Part shown: one piece after another, positions 38,229 to 51,540 of the stretch
Layout of the letters: every line of letters starts with the position of its first letter
Position numbering within the stretch: position 1 is the first letter of the stretch
Assembly (NCBI GenBank): GCA_002269645.1
Contig: NIVC01001681.1
Span: 124,001 to 188,000, forward strand
Origin: Macrostomum lignano
Taxonomy: Eukaryota
Length of the DNA stretch: 64,000 bases
Direction: 5' to 3'
Notes under the pieces: generated by a model
What the model was told of the DNA's origin: nothing
The model's input: only the letters and a program-made list of their open reading frames with translations
Database searches by the model: none
Position numbers and translations under genes: made by a program

Positions 38229-39114
38229 CTGGATCAGCCCATTCAATATGCTGGTATTATCAGCAATCCGATTTGCTCAATATTAACGTGTTCAAGAAGC
38301 GTTCTTAATTGCAAGATGCCATTCGAATCTAACAACTGCCTAAGTCGCTGATCTGCTGGTACCCCCCCACTCTTCTGCAGACATCCCGATTGGGATAAAT
38401 ATTTACGCGGGAGCAAATCCTCCATCTTGCATCCTTCTTGCACGTGTAGGTCAGGAGGGACATGGATGCCTTAGGCTAGATATCTGGACTTGAAGCAGAT
38501 TATTGCAAATATAGATTTTAGAAGATGAAAAACTCGAAATAACTGTTTCTCTGTCTCTAGGGCTCCATGCCCGGGTTGGGGGGGGGGGGCTGTGGGGTCG
38601 AGCGAGGACCCACTAACAAAGTCTGCTGCTGCACAGAGAAACGAATAAACAAAAGACTGGCATGGCGCAGAAGAAGTGGTGTGGGAGGAAGCAGAGCGCT
38701 GTGATAGCTCGACAGGGATGGAATGCACTGGGGGATTTGCGTCCGTTGGAATCAACCAGAGCTTCAGCCCAACCTGCTCCTTCATTCAAAATATCCCTGT
38801 CTCACTCTCTTTCACTCTGTCTACCGTTGGTGGATCTTCAAAACAAACTGTCAAAAAAGCCCTCGGCGACCCATGCGGGATTTTCATGTCAGACCCCTCA
38901 TCATAGCGGGGAGTTGGGGCACTGGGCTTGATGGATTGGAGCGATCATTTTTGCGGTTGAAGCAACAGTTTCCGGCTTTGGTCTATGGATAAGCCTCCTG
39001 GAACCTCTGCTGGCAGGAGGATGCAGCATTTTCAACAATAACGAGGTTTAATAACTAAACTGAATGTTTGAAGGCAGTTGCAGTTAAATATCCTACTTTC
39101 TACAATTCAGGTAA

Positions 39115-40605
39115 CTTCGGTTGAGTAGATCGATGAGTTTGTTGAGTAGATTGATGAGTTTGTTAAGTAGATCGATGAGCTTGCTGAGTAGATCGATGAA
39201 GTTGTTGAGTAGATCGATGAGTTTGTTGAGTAGATCGATGAGTTTGTTGAGTAGATCGATGAGTTTGTTGAGTAGATCGATGAGTTTGTTAAGTAGATCG
39301 ATGAGTTTGTTAAGTAGATCGATGAGTTTCTTGAGTAGATCGATGAGATTCTTGAGTAGATTGATGAGCTTGTTGAGTAGATCAATGAGTTTGTTAAGTA
39401 GATTGATGAGGTTGTTGGGTAGATCGACGAGTTTCTTGAGTAGATCGATGAGTTTGTTGCGTAGATTGATGAGGTTGTTGGGTAGATCGATGAGTTTGTT
39501 GCGTAGATTGATGAGGTTGTTGGGTAGATTGATGAGTTTGTTGAGTAGATTGATGAGGTTGTTGAGTAGATCGATGAGTTTGTTGAGTAGATTGATGAGG
39601 TTGTTGAGTAGATCGATGAGTTTGTTAAGTAGATTGATGAGTTTCTTGAGTAGATCGATGAGTTTGTTGCGTAGATTGATGAGGTTGTTGGGTAGATCGA
39701 TGAGTTTGTTGCGTAGATTGATGAGGTTGTTGGGTAGATCGATGAGTTTGTTGAGTAGATTGATGAGGTTGTTGAGTAGATCGATGAGTTTGTTGAGTAG
39801 ATTGATGAGGTTGTTGAGTAGATCGATGAGTTTGTTGAGTATATCGATGAGTTTGTTGAGTATATCGATGAGTTTCTTGAGTAGATTGATGAGTTTGTTA
39901 AGTAGATCGATGAGCTTGCTGAGTAGATCGATGAAGTTGTTGAGTAGATCGATGAGTTTGTTGAGTAGATCGATGAGTTTGTTGAGTAGATCGATGAGTT
40001 TGTTGAGTAGATCGATGAGTTTGTTGAGTAGATCGATGAGTTTGTTGAGTAGATCGATGAGTTTCTTGAGTAGATCGATGAGATTCTTGAGTAGATTGAT
40101 GAGCTTGTTGAGTAGATCAATGAGTTTGTTAAGTAGATTGATGAGGTTGTTGGGTAGATCGACGAGTTTGTTGAGTAGATCGATGAGTTTGTTAAGTAGA
40201 TCGATGAGTTTCTTGAGTAGATCGATGAGTTTGTTGAGTAGATTGATGAGTTTGTTAAGTAGATTGATGAGTTTCTTGAGTAGATCGATGAGTTTGTTGC
40301 GTAGATTGATGAGGTTGTTGGGTAGATCGATGAGTTTGTTGCGTAGATTGATGAGGTTGTTGAGTAGATCGATGAGTTTGTTGAGTAGATTGATGAGGTT
40401 GTTGAGTAGATGATGAGTTTGTTGAGTAGATTGATGAGTTTGTTGAGTAGATCAATGAGTTTGTTGAGTAGATCGATGAGTTTGTTGAGTATATCGATGA
40501 GTTTGTTAAGTAGATCGATGAGCTTGCTGAGTAGATCGATGAGATTGTTGAGTAGGTTGATGGGTGTACTGAGTAGATCGATTAGTTGCAAATGGTTGGA
40601 TAGAT
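39115..40605 (-). repeat. 21-bp minisatellite, right arm (inverted relative to 37662-38228)
   Basis: AGTAGATCGATGAGTTTGTTG tandem copies, with an internal 735-bp (35-unit) block duplication (marker at 39181 and 39916). Confidence 0.95.
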
Positions 40606-41132
40606 AGAGAGCACGCCAGCTGCATGAAATTCTATGGAAAATGGGCCAGAGTTTGACTATTTTGTTTTACCAAACCGTAGGTCAGCAAATACAGCGGATC
40701 GGCAGCTGGGAGCGCCGAGTTTCTTGCAGCTGCGGCTGGATGCAGCCGATTGGAAAGCTGAGTTCCCAATGATGATGCTGCGATGCTGAGAAACATTTAT
40801 CCAAGCTCCTCCCATTATCTGTACTGCAGCTGGAGAGGATGATGGGACTGCAATCGACTGTATTTTTAGCGATATTGAAATGGAAAGTCAGCCTATCTTA
40901 CAAGGGATAAATTCAATATGATTATTCAACATCAGTGCCATGCGGTAGGTGCGCCTGATGTACAACGAAAAAAAAAACAAAATCACGCAAATATAGACGA
41001 CAAAGTTACAGCTATATTTTCAATATTTTACCTGATAATCTGACTTCTGTATGTAAATTTGAGTATTACAAATATCAGTTAATACAATTATCGTTTAGGT
41101 GAAGTTTATGAGCAGTCAAAGTCTTGAAACTC

Positions 41133-41470
<338 letters not shown>

Positions 41471-41482
41471 GCAGCCAAGAGG

Positions 41483-44400
41483 TTACATGGGGAAAACGTA
41501 GGCACAGATGGCTCCGTAGGCGGACTTCTCTTTCGCGCAGAATTCGCTGAATTCGTCAAACCCGAGCAGGGCGTCCGGCGCCACAGGCTGAAATTTGAAA
41601 TTGAACAAAACAGTATAATTGTGGAGCTGGTTGTGGAGCTCAAAATATTGAAATAGGAACACAGCCTCACCGTCCCGTCGAGGGCATCGCCATTGGCGCG
41701 CTTGGCAGAGCCGTTGCTGTCCTCCACTGAGACCGCCACATCCACCGCAGCCGCGCCCCCTTCGTCCCCTTCAGTTTCTGGGTCCTCTAGCTCGTCCGCC
41801 ACGAAGCTGCGCACGAAACGACGAAATTCGGCTTTTGGGACGCTGTTGCATCCGGCCGGATCCATCACGCTGAACAGGGCTGCGAGAGGGGAGCGCGGAG
41901 TGAGCACTCAGGGTGAGCCACCACGTCATCAGCCACAACCCCGTCAGCCACAACCCCATCAGCCACAACCCCATCAGCCACAACCCCATCAGCCACAACC
42001 CCATCAGCCACAACCCCATCAGCCACAACCCCATCAGCCACAACCCCATCAGCCACAACCCCATCAGCCGCAACCCCATCAGTCACAATCCCATCAGCCG
42101 CAACCCCATCAACCACAACCCCATCAGCCGCAACCCCATCAGTCACAATCCCATCAGCCGCAACCCCATCAACCACAACCCCAACAGCCACAACCCCATC
42201 AGCCACAACCCCAACAGCCACAACCCCATCAGCCACAACCCCAACAGCCACAACCCCATCAGCCACAACCCCATCAGCCACAACCTCACCAGTCACACCC
42301 CCATCAGCCGCAACCCCATCAGCCACAACCCCATCAGCCACAACCCCAACAGCCACAACCCCATCAGCCACAACCCCGTCAGCCACAACCCCATCAGCCA
42401 CAACCCCATCAGCCACAACCCCATCAGCCACAACCCCATCAGCAACAACCCCATCAGCCGCAACCCCATCAGTCACAATCCCATCAGCCGCAACCCCATC
42501 AGCCGCAACCCCATCAGCCACAACCCCAACAGCCACAACCCCATCAGCCACAACCCCAACAGCCACAACCCCATCAGCCACAACCCCATCAGCCACAACC
42601 CCATCAGCCACAACCCCAACAGCCACAACCCCATCAGTCACAATCCCATCAGCCGCAACCCCATCAGTCACAATCCCATCAGCCGCAACCCCATCAGCCA
42701 CAACCCCAACAGCCACAACCCCATCAGCCACAACCCCAACAGCCACAACCCCATCAGCCACAACCCCATCAGCCACAACCTCACCAGTCACACCCCCATC
42801 AGCCGCAACCCCATCAGCCACAACCCCGTCAGCAACAACCCCATCAGCCACAACCCCATCAACCACAACCCCCAACCGAATTACCATGCATTCTCTCGGA
42901 TTCGTCGAGGCTGCCGACTCTGTTGCTGAGCAGCATCAGCATGACGAACCCGTCGAACTTGAGGCTGTTGGTCCTGGAGTCGGCGAAGGCGTAGTACACG
43001 GAGCGCATGTCCGACTCGTCCCTCTGCAGCTTGGACTCCGGGTAGAGCTCGAGAAACTCCTGCATTGAGGTGAAGGGTGAGCATGAGGGGAGATTGAAAC
43101 ATCTGCAAACGAAGTTAAGAATATAGCTACATGCCCTTATGATACTACTGACCTACTTGATACTAGTAGGCCGTATCGCGAATTATCTTAGAACGTTTCA
43201 CGTCGAATTTTTATTTTTATCAATGAGCTGCTGCGCTTGAACTTTTAGCTATTTTCTGTAAGCATGCAGAGGAGATAGTTTTTGTTTGCTTTCTTGCTCG
43301 AAGCGAGGAAAATTAGACCCTTGCTCTGAGATGTCGGAATGCAAACACGAGGCTGCAGCCTATTTTTATTTGTCTCTCTTACAAGCCAACAGCTCACCTT
43401 GAAGCTAATATAGCGTTTGCCCTTGGCCGCCTTCTTGAACATGGCCTCCAGCTTAGCCATCTGCTCCTCTGACACTGCAATTGGCAGGGCGGCAGGGCGC
43501 TTGAGGACTCAAAAGGCGCACTTGCGATTTTTGTTTGAAAAGAAAGAGAGATGGCTGGCTTTAGAACTGAAAGTGTAACTGTAATCTGACTCTTCAGATG
43601 TTCGGTGTTGCTCCCTTGCAATGCACAAAACAATCCACAAACCAAAGCCCAAATAAACTGCAACCCAAACTCCAAATTATCCATAATCCAAGCTCCAAAT
43701 TAACCTCAATCCACGCCTCAAATAATCCACAACCCAAATAATCCACAACTCAAATAATCCACAAGTCAAATAATCCAAAACCCAAATAGTCCACAACCCA
43801 AACGCTCCACAACCCATTTACTCCACAACACAAATAATCCACAACCCAAGTAATCCACAACCCAAATAATCCACAACCCAAATAATCCACAACCCAAATA
43901 ATCCACAACCCAAATAATCCACAACCCAAATAATCCACAACCCAAATAATCCACAACCCAAATAATCCACAACCCAAATAATCCACAACCCAAATAATCC
44001 ACAACCCAAATAATCCACAACCCAAATAATCCACAACCCAAATAATCCACAACCCAAATAATCCACAACCCAAATAATCCACAACCCAAATAATCCACAA
44101 CCCAAATAATCCACAACCCAAATAATCCACAACCCAAATAATCCACAACCCAAATAATCCACAACCCAAATAATCCACAACCCAAATAATCCACAACCCA
44201 AATAATCCACAACCCAAATAATCCACAACCCAAATAATCCACAACCCAAATAATCCACAACCCAAATAATCCACAACCCAAATAATCCACAACCCAAATA
44301 ATCCACAACCCAAATAATCCACAACCCAAATAATCCACAACCCAAATAATCCACAACCAAATAATCCACAACCCTAATAATCCACAATCCAAATAATCCA

Positions 44401-44621
44401 CAACCCAAATAATCCATAATCCAAATAATCCACAACCCAAATAATCCACAACCCAAATAATCCACAACCCTCAACGTGAACAGTAGTTAATCCGCAGCCA
44501 TCAATCAGACAAGTGGAGTCAAAGCAGCCCCAAATTCGGTCTCCAGTATCTCACAAGTGTGCCGCTCCATCAGGCCGACTCTCCGCCTCGCCGCCGCGCC
44601 GTTCCCGCAGGTGTTGCCCAT
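41483..44621 (-). CDS. N-myristoylated EF-hand protein (NCS/calcineurin-B-like), 210 aa; exons 44621-44555, 43474-43398, 43059-42885, 41879-41671, 41587-41483
   Basis: Five exons join in frame (633 nt): MGNTCG...ISFKEFLELYP...FADSRTNSLKFDGF...LFSVMDPAGCNSVPKAEF...LLGFDEFSEFCAKEK...VFPM*. All introns are GT-AG. Confidence 0.8.
41925..42875. repeat. 15-bp minisatellite (CAGCCACAACCCCAT)
   Basis: Occupies nearly all of EF-hand intron 3. Confidence 0.97.
43715..44470. repeat. 16-bp minisatellite (AATAATCCACAACCCA)
   Basis: Homogeneous core with degenerate edges in EF-hand intron 1. Confidence 0.97.
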
Positions 44622-45279
44622 CTTGCCAGGCCTCGCTAATAACCTAAATTAGCGAACAAAATACCGGAGAGAAAGGAGAGACAGCGCCGTGCTTTGTTGA
44701 GAAATCTGCTGGCTATAAAAGCCACCCTGAGACTCGACCTCACTTATGATACGACTTTTGCGCCGCATGTGACCGCCGCCCCCGCCCCTCCGTCCCAGAA
44801 ACTCGCGCGCCACCAACTCTCTCACAACTGTTTCATTGCCGCCCAACCCGCTGCCCAATAAACTAGTTAGAATTAAAGTTTGCGTAATGACCCCCCCCCA
44901 TAGCTAAGCCGAGGAGCACACACGGCTCTCATTTTAGTTGTTGAATGAATCGCACCATCTCAACCGCGGAGAACAACAAGAAGGCGATTTTGACCTCCTC
45001 TGCGGCCGCCTCTCACTCTGTCTTGAAACCCCGCTTACAGCCAGGCACTCATCACAAGAGTGACTAGTAAGCCCATGGAGTTCTAATTTTAATTATGCAT
45101 TATAAAATCTGGAAATGGAAAACCGCTAGATGATTTAACGCAAAAAAATCTGCGCTTTATTAACAGCATTTGTCTCTACGAAATAGTCGAATACTGTTTA
45201 ATACAATCAAATACTGCCAAAGTTTTTGGTCTGGTTGAAATGCTCAAAAAGGAAGTCTGCTTTCCAATAAGGGGGTCCA

Positions 45280-45415
45280 CTGAGAGGATTCCACTGAAAG
45301 GGATTCCACTGAAAGGGATTCCACTGGAGGGGATTCCACTGAGGGGATTCCACTGAAAGGGATTCCGCTCAGAGGATTCCACTGAGGGGATTCCACTGAG
45401 GGGATTCCACAGAGG
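45280..45415. repeat. 14-bp repeat (GGGATTCCACTGAR)
   Basis: About 9 copies. Confidence 0.9.
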
Positions 45416-45482
45416 GGGATTTCACTCCTATTTGGGCTTTTCCACTATATTTACAAATCCTAATCTCTGACAGACAAAACCT

Positions 45483-45715
45483 CGACTGACACAGTCACAA
45501 CTGACACAGCCACAACTGACACAGTCACAACTGACACAGCCACAACTGACACAGTCAGAAATGAACAGTCACAACTGACACAGTCACAACTGACACTGTC
45601 ACAACTGACATAGTCACAACTGACACTGTCACAACTGACACCAGTCACAACTGACACAGTCACGACTGACACAGTCACAACTGACACAGTCACGACTGAC
45701 ACAATCCAGACCGAC
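45483..45715. repeat. 15-bp repeat (ACTGACACAGTCACA)
   Basis: Tandem copies. Confidence 0.9.
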
Positions 45716-46353
45716 ACAAACAGAGTCGCACAAACTCGACTTTAAAATACTAAATCAGATTTTTCGACCTCACCTAAGTCACTGTCTCAGACCTGAAAAG
45801 TGATCAAGATGGCGCACATCTGTTCTTACTTCAGTATCATTCCATAGTGCCCCACAGCAGCTCCGGCCAAACAGTGAAGTTGTAAACAGTCGAAAAAGAT
45901 CAAAGCATTTTCTGTTGAGGTCGGCAATAATTGGCTCATTATTTTTCGGTTTCAGTCTGTTGACAGTTGCTCTCTTCACCCAGTGAATGCGCTCAGTGGG
46001 GGTCAGGCCGAGCAAGCACGCGCCTCCCCCCGTTCTCATTCCAAAGAACTGATGACCCTCAGCTGGACCAATCTGCCCAAGAAATTTTGTTGTGTCACAA
46101 GCGCTCAGCGCTCGAGGCTGAGAGGGGCAGAGATTGAGCGATGAGCTGGGGTGGGGGTGCCGCCTCTTTGTCTTTTCAAATTACTCAAGCCCATGAAGCT
46201 TTGCTGCGAGTTGCTTCGATGTTTAGCAGAGCAGAAAGTGCAAATTCCATTCTCGGGGGCGGCTGAGCGGCAATGTTTAACCACTTGGCTAAATGTGAAC
46301 AAAACCATAGGCTTTATGCCAAGGCTGACCGCTTGCTCGCTGGCATAGAATTC

Positions 46354-46725
<372 letters not shown>

Positions 46726-47059
46726 ATTTAGTACAGCAAAAAAACTCCTGTCTTAAGTATCCATAAGCCTTTAAAAGGCATACTGCACCAATGTATACGA
46801 GTGTAATTGTAACTTCGATTTCTAAGAGCAAAAGAGACCTTCTGAGTGCTGAAAAAGCCACGAGTCATTTCATTAAATGGACTTCGAAGCCGCCATTCTT
46901 CTTTTGATGCTATTTTTGCAAGCTCACTTACCAAGCTGGGTGAGCCAGGCTTCCGCAAGAGCACTACGCTCGTAGCAACTCAGGCCCTGAAATAAGAAGT
47001 TCGTCTTGCCTGCCCTCCATCGAACTGACTTACTCGTAGCCCTGCCCTTCCCTGGTATT

Positions 47060-47535
47060 CACTCCTGACCTAACTCATGAGAATCACTCCTGATCCTAGC
47101 CATGAGAATCACTCCTGACCCAACTCATGAGAATCACTCCTGACCCAACTCATAAGAATCACTCCTGATCCTAACCATGAGAATCACTCCTAATACTAGC
47201 CTTGAGAATCACTCCTGACCCAACTCATAGAATCACTCCTGATCCTAGCCATGAGAATCACTCCTGACCCAACTCATGAGAATCACTCCTGATCCTAGCC
47301 ATGAGAATCACTCCTGACCCAACTCATGAGAATCACTCCTGATCCTAGCCATGAGAATCGCTCCTAGCCATGAGAATCGCTCCTAGCCATGAGAATCGCT
47401 CCTAGCCATGAGAATCGCTCCTAGCCATGAGAATCGCTCCTAGCCATGAGAATCGCTCCTAGCCATGAGAATCGCTCCTAGCCATGAGAATCGCTCCTAG
47501 CCATGAGAATCAATCCTGACCCTAGCATGAGAATC
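47060..47535. repeat. 25-bp (alternating A/B) minisatellite changing into a 19-bp unit
   Basis: CATGAGAATCACTCCTGATCCTAGC alternates with CATGAGAATCACTCCTGACCCAACT, then CATGAGAATCGCTCCTAGC from 47350. Confidence 0.92.
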
Positions 47536-48846
47536 ACATTCGATTCACTCTTGACACGCCTTGAAGAAGGCCATGGGGATGGCAATCTGCCTGATCACAC
47601 TTATGAGACTTAGTAAGCAATAATTTAAAGCAAGTATTTTTGCTATGGATTGTATTCGGTGTTCGAGCAAAGCAGCTTTTCTTCTGAATAGATAAGTATA
47701 AATCTGGCGCACTGGAGTAATCTAATGAAGTTTTGCCGCCTATTCGATGGCTGCACAAAAGTGAATTCGAGATTCCAGCGGCTTAAATGCACGGCTGCTG
47801 TTGTGCTCGGACTTGTCTCGTCAATTCCAAGATTGGGAAACTGTGGGACTTTGAATTTAGCAGCTCAGCTTCCCCCCTTCTCCCATTTCCCCAATCCATC
47901 TTTCCTTCTCTTTACCCACAACTCATTCCCTTACTCCCCTCCTCTTCTTCTCCAATATCCTTTGCAAGTGAAGTCAAAGTAAATCGAGTTTTTTTTCAGA
48001 GCAACTTCAGAAGAAGCAATGCAAAATGTCTTGATTTTCCCTTGCATGATTTTGAATTTAGGAAATTAAAAACTTCTCCATCAATCGGATTAATATGATG
48101 GGGATATGCCTTTGATCTCCGCTCCCTCCTGCTCAATTTCACATCCTGTCTGGGCTATAACAAGAATTCGCTTTTTCCCCAACTATCAGCAGACAACTTG
48201 TAGATTCATTCCTGCACTCTTGAATACCTTATAAAGGGTGAACGAAGCGCGGCCATGGAGCTTTATATGTACCAAGGAGTTCTAGAGCAAAACTATCTGG
48301 AATGGAAACGGACTGGCTAAATTAAGCTTATTTATCAATTTTTCACCTGTATGTTAAGAACTGCTGTCTATAAGCTCATTGAGAAAAATTGAGTTTGCCA
48401 ATTGTTGTGACTGAATCAGCTGAGTGACCCACACGGATAAATCATAATTTCTAACTTACGTATTAAATATGACTCATGACGCAATGAATCAATACAGCTC
48501 GTAGGGACTTTTTAGTTTAGTTAGAGGCAGGGGCTGCGTGCTCCACAGATTCTATATTACCTAGATGGGCCACTCCGGCGCGAAAACCCCGGGGTTTTGA
48601 CCATAGACCATAGCTTTTGCTGCTCTCAAGACATTACGCTCGTAGCAGCAGCAGCTAGTGTCTGTGCCCTAACCCTGAGGTTTTCGGGGCCTCAGAGGCG
48701 GCCGCTAAATGAGCAAATGCTGGAGTGCCGCTTCTAGGTAAAATAGTATCTGTGGTGTACACCCTGCTGCACTTTAAGCGAAACTTTAAGTACACAGGGG
48801 TGTACAGCGGCCCTAATTCATTTATCGTTAGGTTTGTCGTTTATCG

Positions 48847-49009
48847 TCACTGTGCCTTGGGGGTTGGCCCTCAAGGTTGTTAATTGCACGAGCAGAGCCA
48901 AGCCGAGATTCTAACTCAGGCCCAAATTAATGAGACTGCACTTGGAATCGAGCCTGGGCCGCTGGCACATCAGAGCGCCGCGCCAGACCACTGGGCTCAC
49001 GGCCCCTTG
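48847..49009 (-). mobile_element. tRNA-derived SINE, apparently full length
   Basis: The minus strand begins CAAGGGGCCGTGAGCCCAGTGGTCTGG (A-box-like) ... GGCTCGATTCC (B-box-like); third copy of the family. Confidence 0.78.
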
Positions 49010-49514
49010 TCCGTCGCGGCTTACAGAGCTGTGAAAGTTTTTTTAATTAAAAAATCCTGCTTTTATTTTTATTTCACACTAAGAAACTAACTTCAATTTT
49101 CAAAAGCAATAAAAGTTTCACTTCACCAAGCTAATAATTTGGCTAGCTTTGCCATATTGCGCAGGAAAAAACCAAAGAACATATTCAAGCGAGCTTGCAT
49201 CAATGTAACCGAGTTCTATGAATTAAACTACCGTTTATTCCTGCTTAATCTTCTCATATTTACAGTAACTTTAATAAAATTCTATTTTGAACCATCAGTA
49301 CCGAGTCTTAGTGATTTTCTACACGTACTCTAAATAGAAAAAAAATTGAATTTCCAATTTATTTTTTACTCCTATTAATAATTGAAGCTTAACTATGTGG
49401 AGCAACTAACTAGCATCGATATGGAATTCACTGCAGCATTTTCGACGTTTTCTAAAGAAGCAAACAATACATAATGGATATTACGAACAGACTTGTACAG
49501 CAAAGCATTGAAGG

Positions 49515-49835
49515 AGTGGGGTGGGCTACAGACACTGAGCGATAAGTTAAGTGAGCTAGCCAATGAGAGCTGCGGGAGTGGGGTGGGCTACAGACACGGC
49601 GATAAGTCAAGCGAGCTAGCCAATGAGAACTTTGGGAGTGGTGTGGGCCACAGACACGGCGATAAGTCAAGCGAGCTAGCCAATGAGAACTTTGGGAGTG
49701 GGGTGGGCTACAGACACGGCGATAAGTCAAGCGAGCTAGCCAATGAGAACTTTGGGAGTGGGGTGGGCTACAGACACGGCGATAAGTCAAGCGAGCTAGC
49801 CAATGAGAACTGTAGGAGTGGTGTGGGCATCACAC
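49515..49835. repeat. 60-bp tandem repeat, ~5 copies
   Basis: CAATGAGA recurs at 49561, 49621, 49681, 49741 and 49801. Confidence 0.95.
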
Positions 49836-50389
49836 AGTGAAAGAAAATACATGCAAGCCAACCAATCAGCACTGAGGGAGCTAGAATCGTTTAAAGCAGG
49901 TTTTAATATCGATAGCTTAGTTTTTCAAAACAAAAAGGAATATCAACTGTACCAAGAATTGTTATACACTCGTTACAGTAAGTCGTTACAGGATGTTACA
50001 GGAAATAAACAGCGTAATGAATAACAGGAATTCTTCAGACATTCGTAGACACAACACTAAAATCGGGACACAAATATTGGGCTAACGCAGAAAAAAATCT
50101 TTTTTTTGTTTTGTCGTTTCGATTTAACTAACTCAATTAACCAAACAGCAAGAGGTGCAAAGAGACAAAGTAAAATTTAGAAATAATCGTTCAAAATGGA
50201 TCTGTGAGCATCTGTGGATGGGATGGCCCCAGACTATAATGCGCTAAGTCAGCCAGACATTAGCTTGGCTCTCTAAAAAGCAGCTATGAACTACAACGAA
50301 AGTTTATTATCGATAACCAAATGACAACTAAAAAAAGAAACACATTAAAACACTCGATTACAGTTATGCAAAGACCAAGAGTCATACAA

Positions 50390-50860
50390 AACAGGTTTCA
50401 CAAACTCGAAATTTCACAACGTCGAAAGCACCTTCTTTCACAAGATCGAAATTTCACAAGGTCGAAATTTCATAACATCGAAAACTCAAATAGCAACCAC
50501 TTTCACAAGGTTGAAACTTCACAAGGTCGAAACTTCACAAGGTCGAAATTTCACAACATCGAAAACTTTAGCAAGGGACTTCAAAGGTCGAAACTTCACA
50601 AGGTCGAAATTTCATAACATCGAAAACTCAAATAGCAGCCATTTTCACAAGGTCGAAATTTCACAACGTAAAAAACTACTGCATAGTTCTTGTTATATTA
50701 AATTTTCGACGTTGTAAAATTTCGAGCTTATGAAGCTTCGACCTTGTGAAAGTGGCTGCTATTTGATGTTGTGAAATTTCGACCTTGCAAAGTTTCGACC
50801 TTGTGAAAGTGGCTGTTATTTGAGTTTTCTACGTTGTGAAATTTCGACCTTATGAAGTCT
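50390..50860. repeat. Foldback-like structure with inverted arms built from short subrepeats
   Basis: TTTCACAAGGTCGAAA/AACTCAAATAGCARCCACTTT units forward at 50390-50670 and as the reverse complement at 50703-50860. Confidence 0.75.
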
Positions 50861-51042
50861 CTTGCCATAGTTTATACAAAACATGCGCCACGGATACGAA
50901 AAAGTATTTTTATTGCCAGAAAACCAAAAGGAAACAAAAGTGAAGCTCGAAATTAGCGCAATCGCAGACAAACATGGCCCTCACGAATCTCATTCTTTAT
51001 TCTAGCGCATCAAATCGAAACAGTCTTTATTTAGCAGCAATA

Positions 51043-51470
51043 AACATAATCAATCTTGGACGCTCCTCCCGGGGACACTTTGCCATAGACATAATCAATC
51101 TTGCACGCTCCTCCCGGGGACACTTTGCCATAGACATAATCAATCCTGGACGCTCCTCTCCTCCCGGGGCACTTTGCCATAGACATAATCAATCCTGGAC
51201 GCTCCTCCCGGGGACACTTTGCCATAGACATAATCAATCTTGCACGCTCCTCCCGGGGACACTTTGCCATAGACATAATCAATCTTGCACGCTCCTCCCG
51301 GGGACACTTTGCCATAGACATAATCAATCTTGCACGCTCCTCCCGGGGACACTTTGCCATAGACATAATCAATCTTGCACGCTCCTCCCGGGAACACTTT
51401 GCCATAGACATAATCAATCCTGGACGCTCCTCTCCTCCCGGGGCACTTTGCCATAGACATAATCAATCCC
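51043..51470. repeat. 45-bp tandem repeat, ~9 copies
   Basis: GACATAATCAATCTTGCACGCTCCTCCCGGGGACACTTTGCCATA; begins ~70 nt after the GPCR stop. Confidence 0.95.
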
Positions 51471-51540
51471 AAAGATTGATTATCACTTAAAACGAAGTTT
51501 CGCGTCCATCTACTTAAGTCGTCCTTGGTCCATGCCGGCT

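Noticed and set aside
36958-39100. Additional multi-exon gene among the short ORFs around the 21-bp arrays
   Set aside because: There are some donor/acceptor-like sites (for example a GTAAGT near 37070), but no consistent in-frame model or recognisable domain.
41693-42994. Gliadin-like PQPHQ ORF (433 aa) and its shadows
   Set aside because: They come from a 15-bp repeat lying between a valid donor and acceptor of the opposite-strand EF-hand gene.
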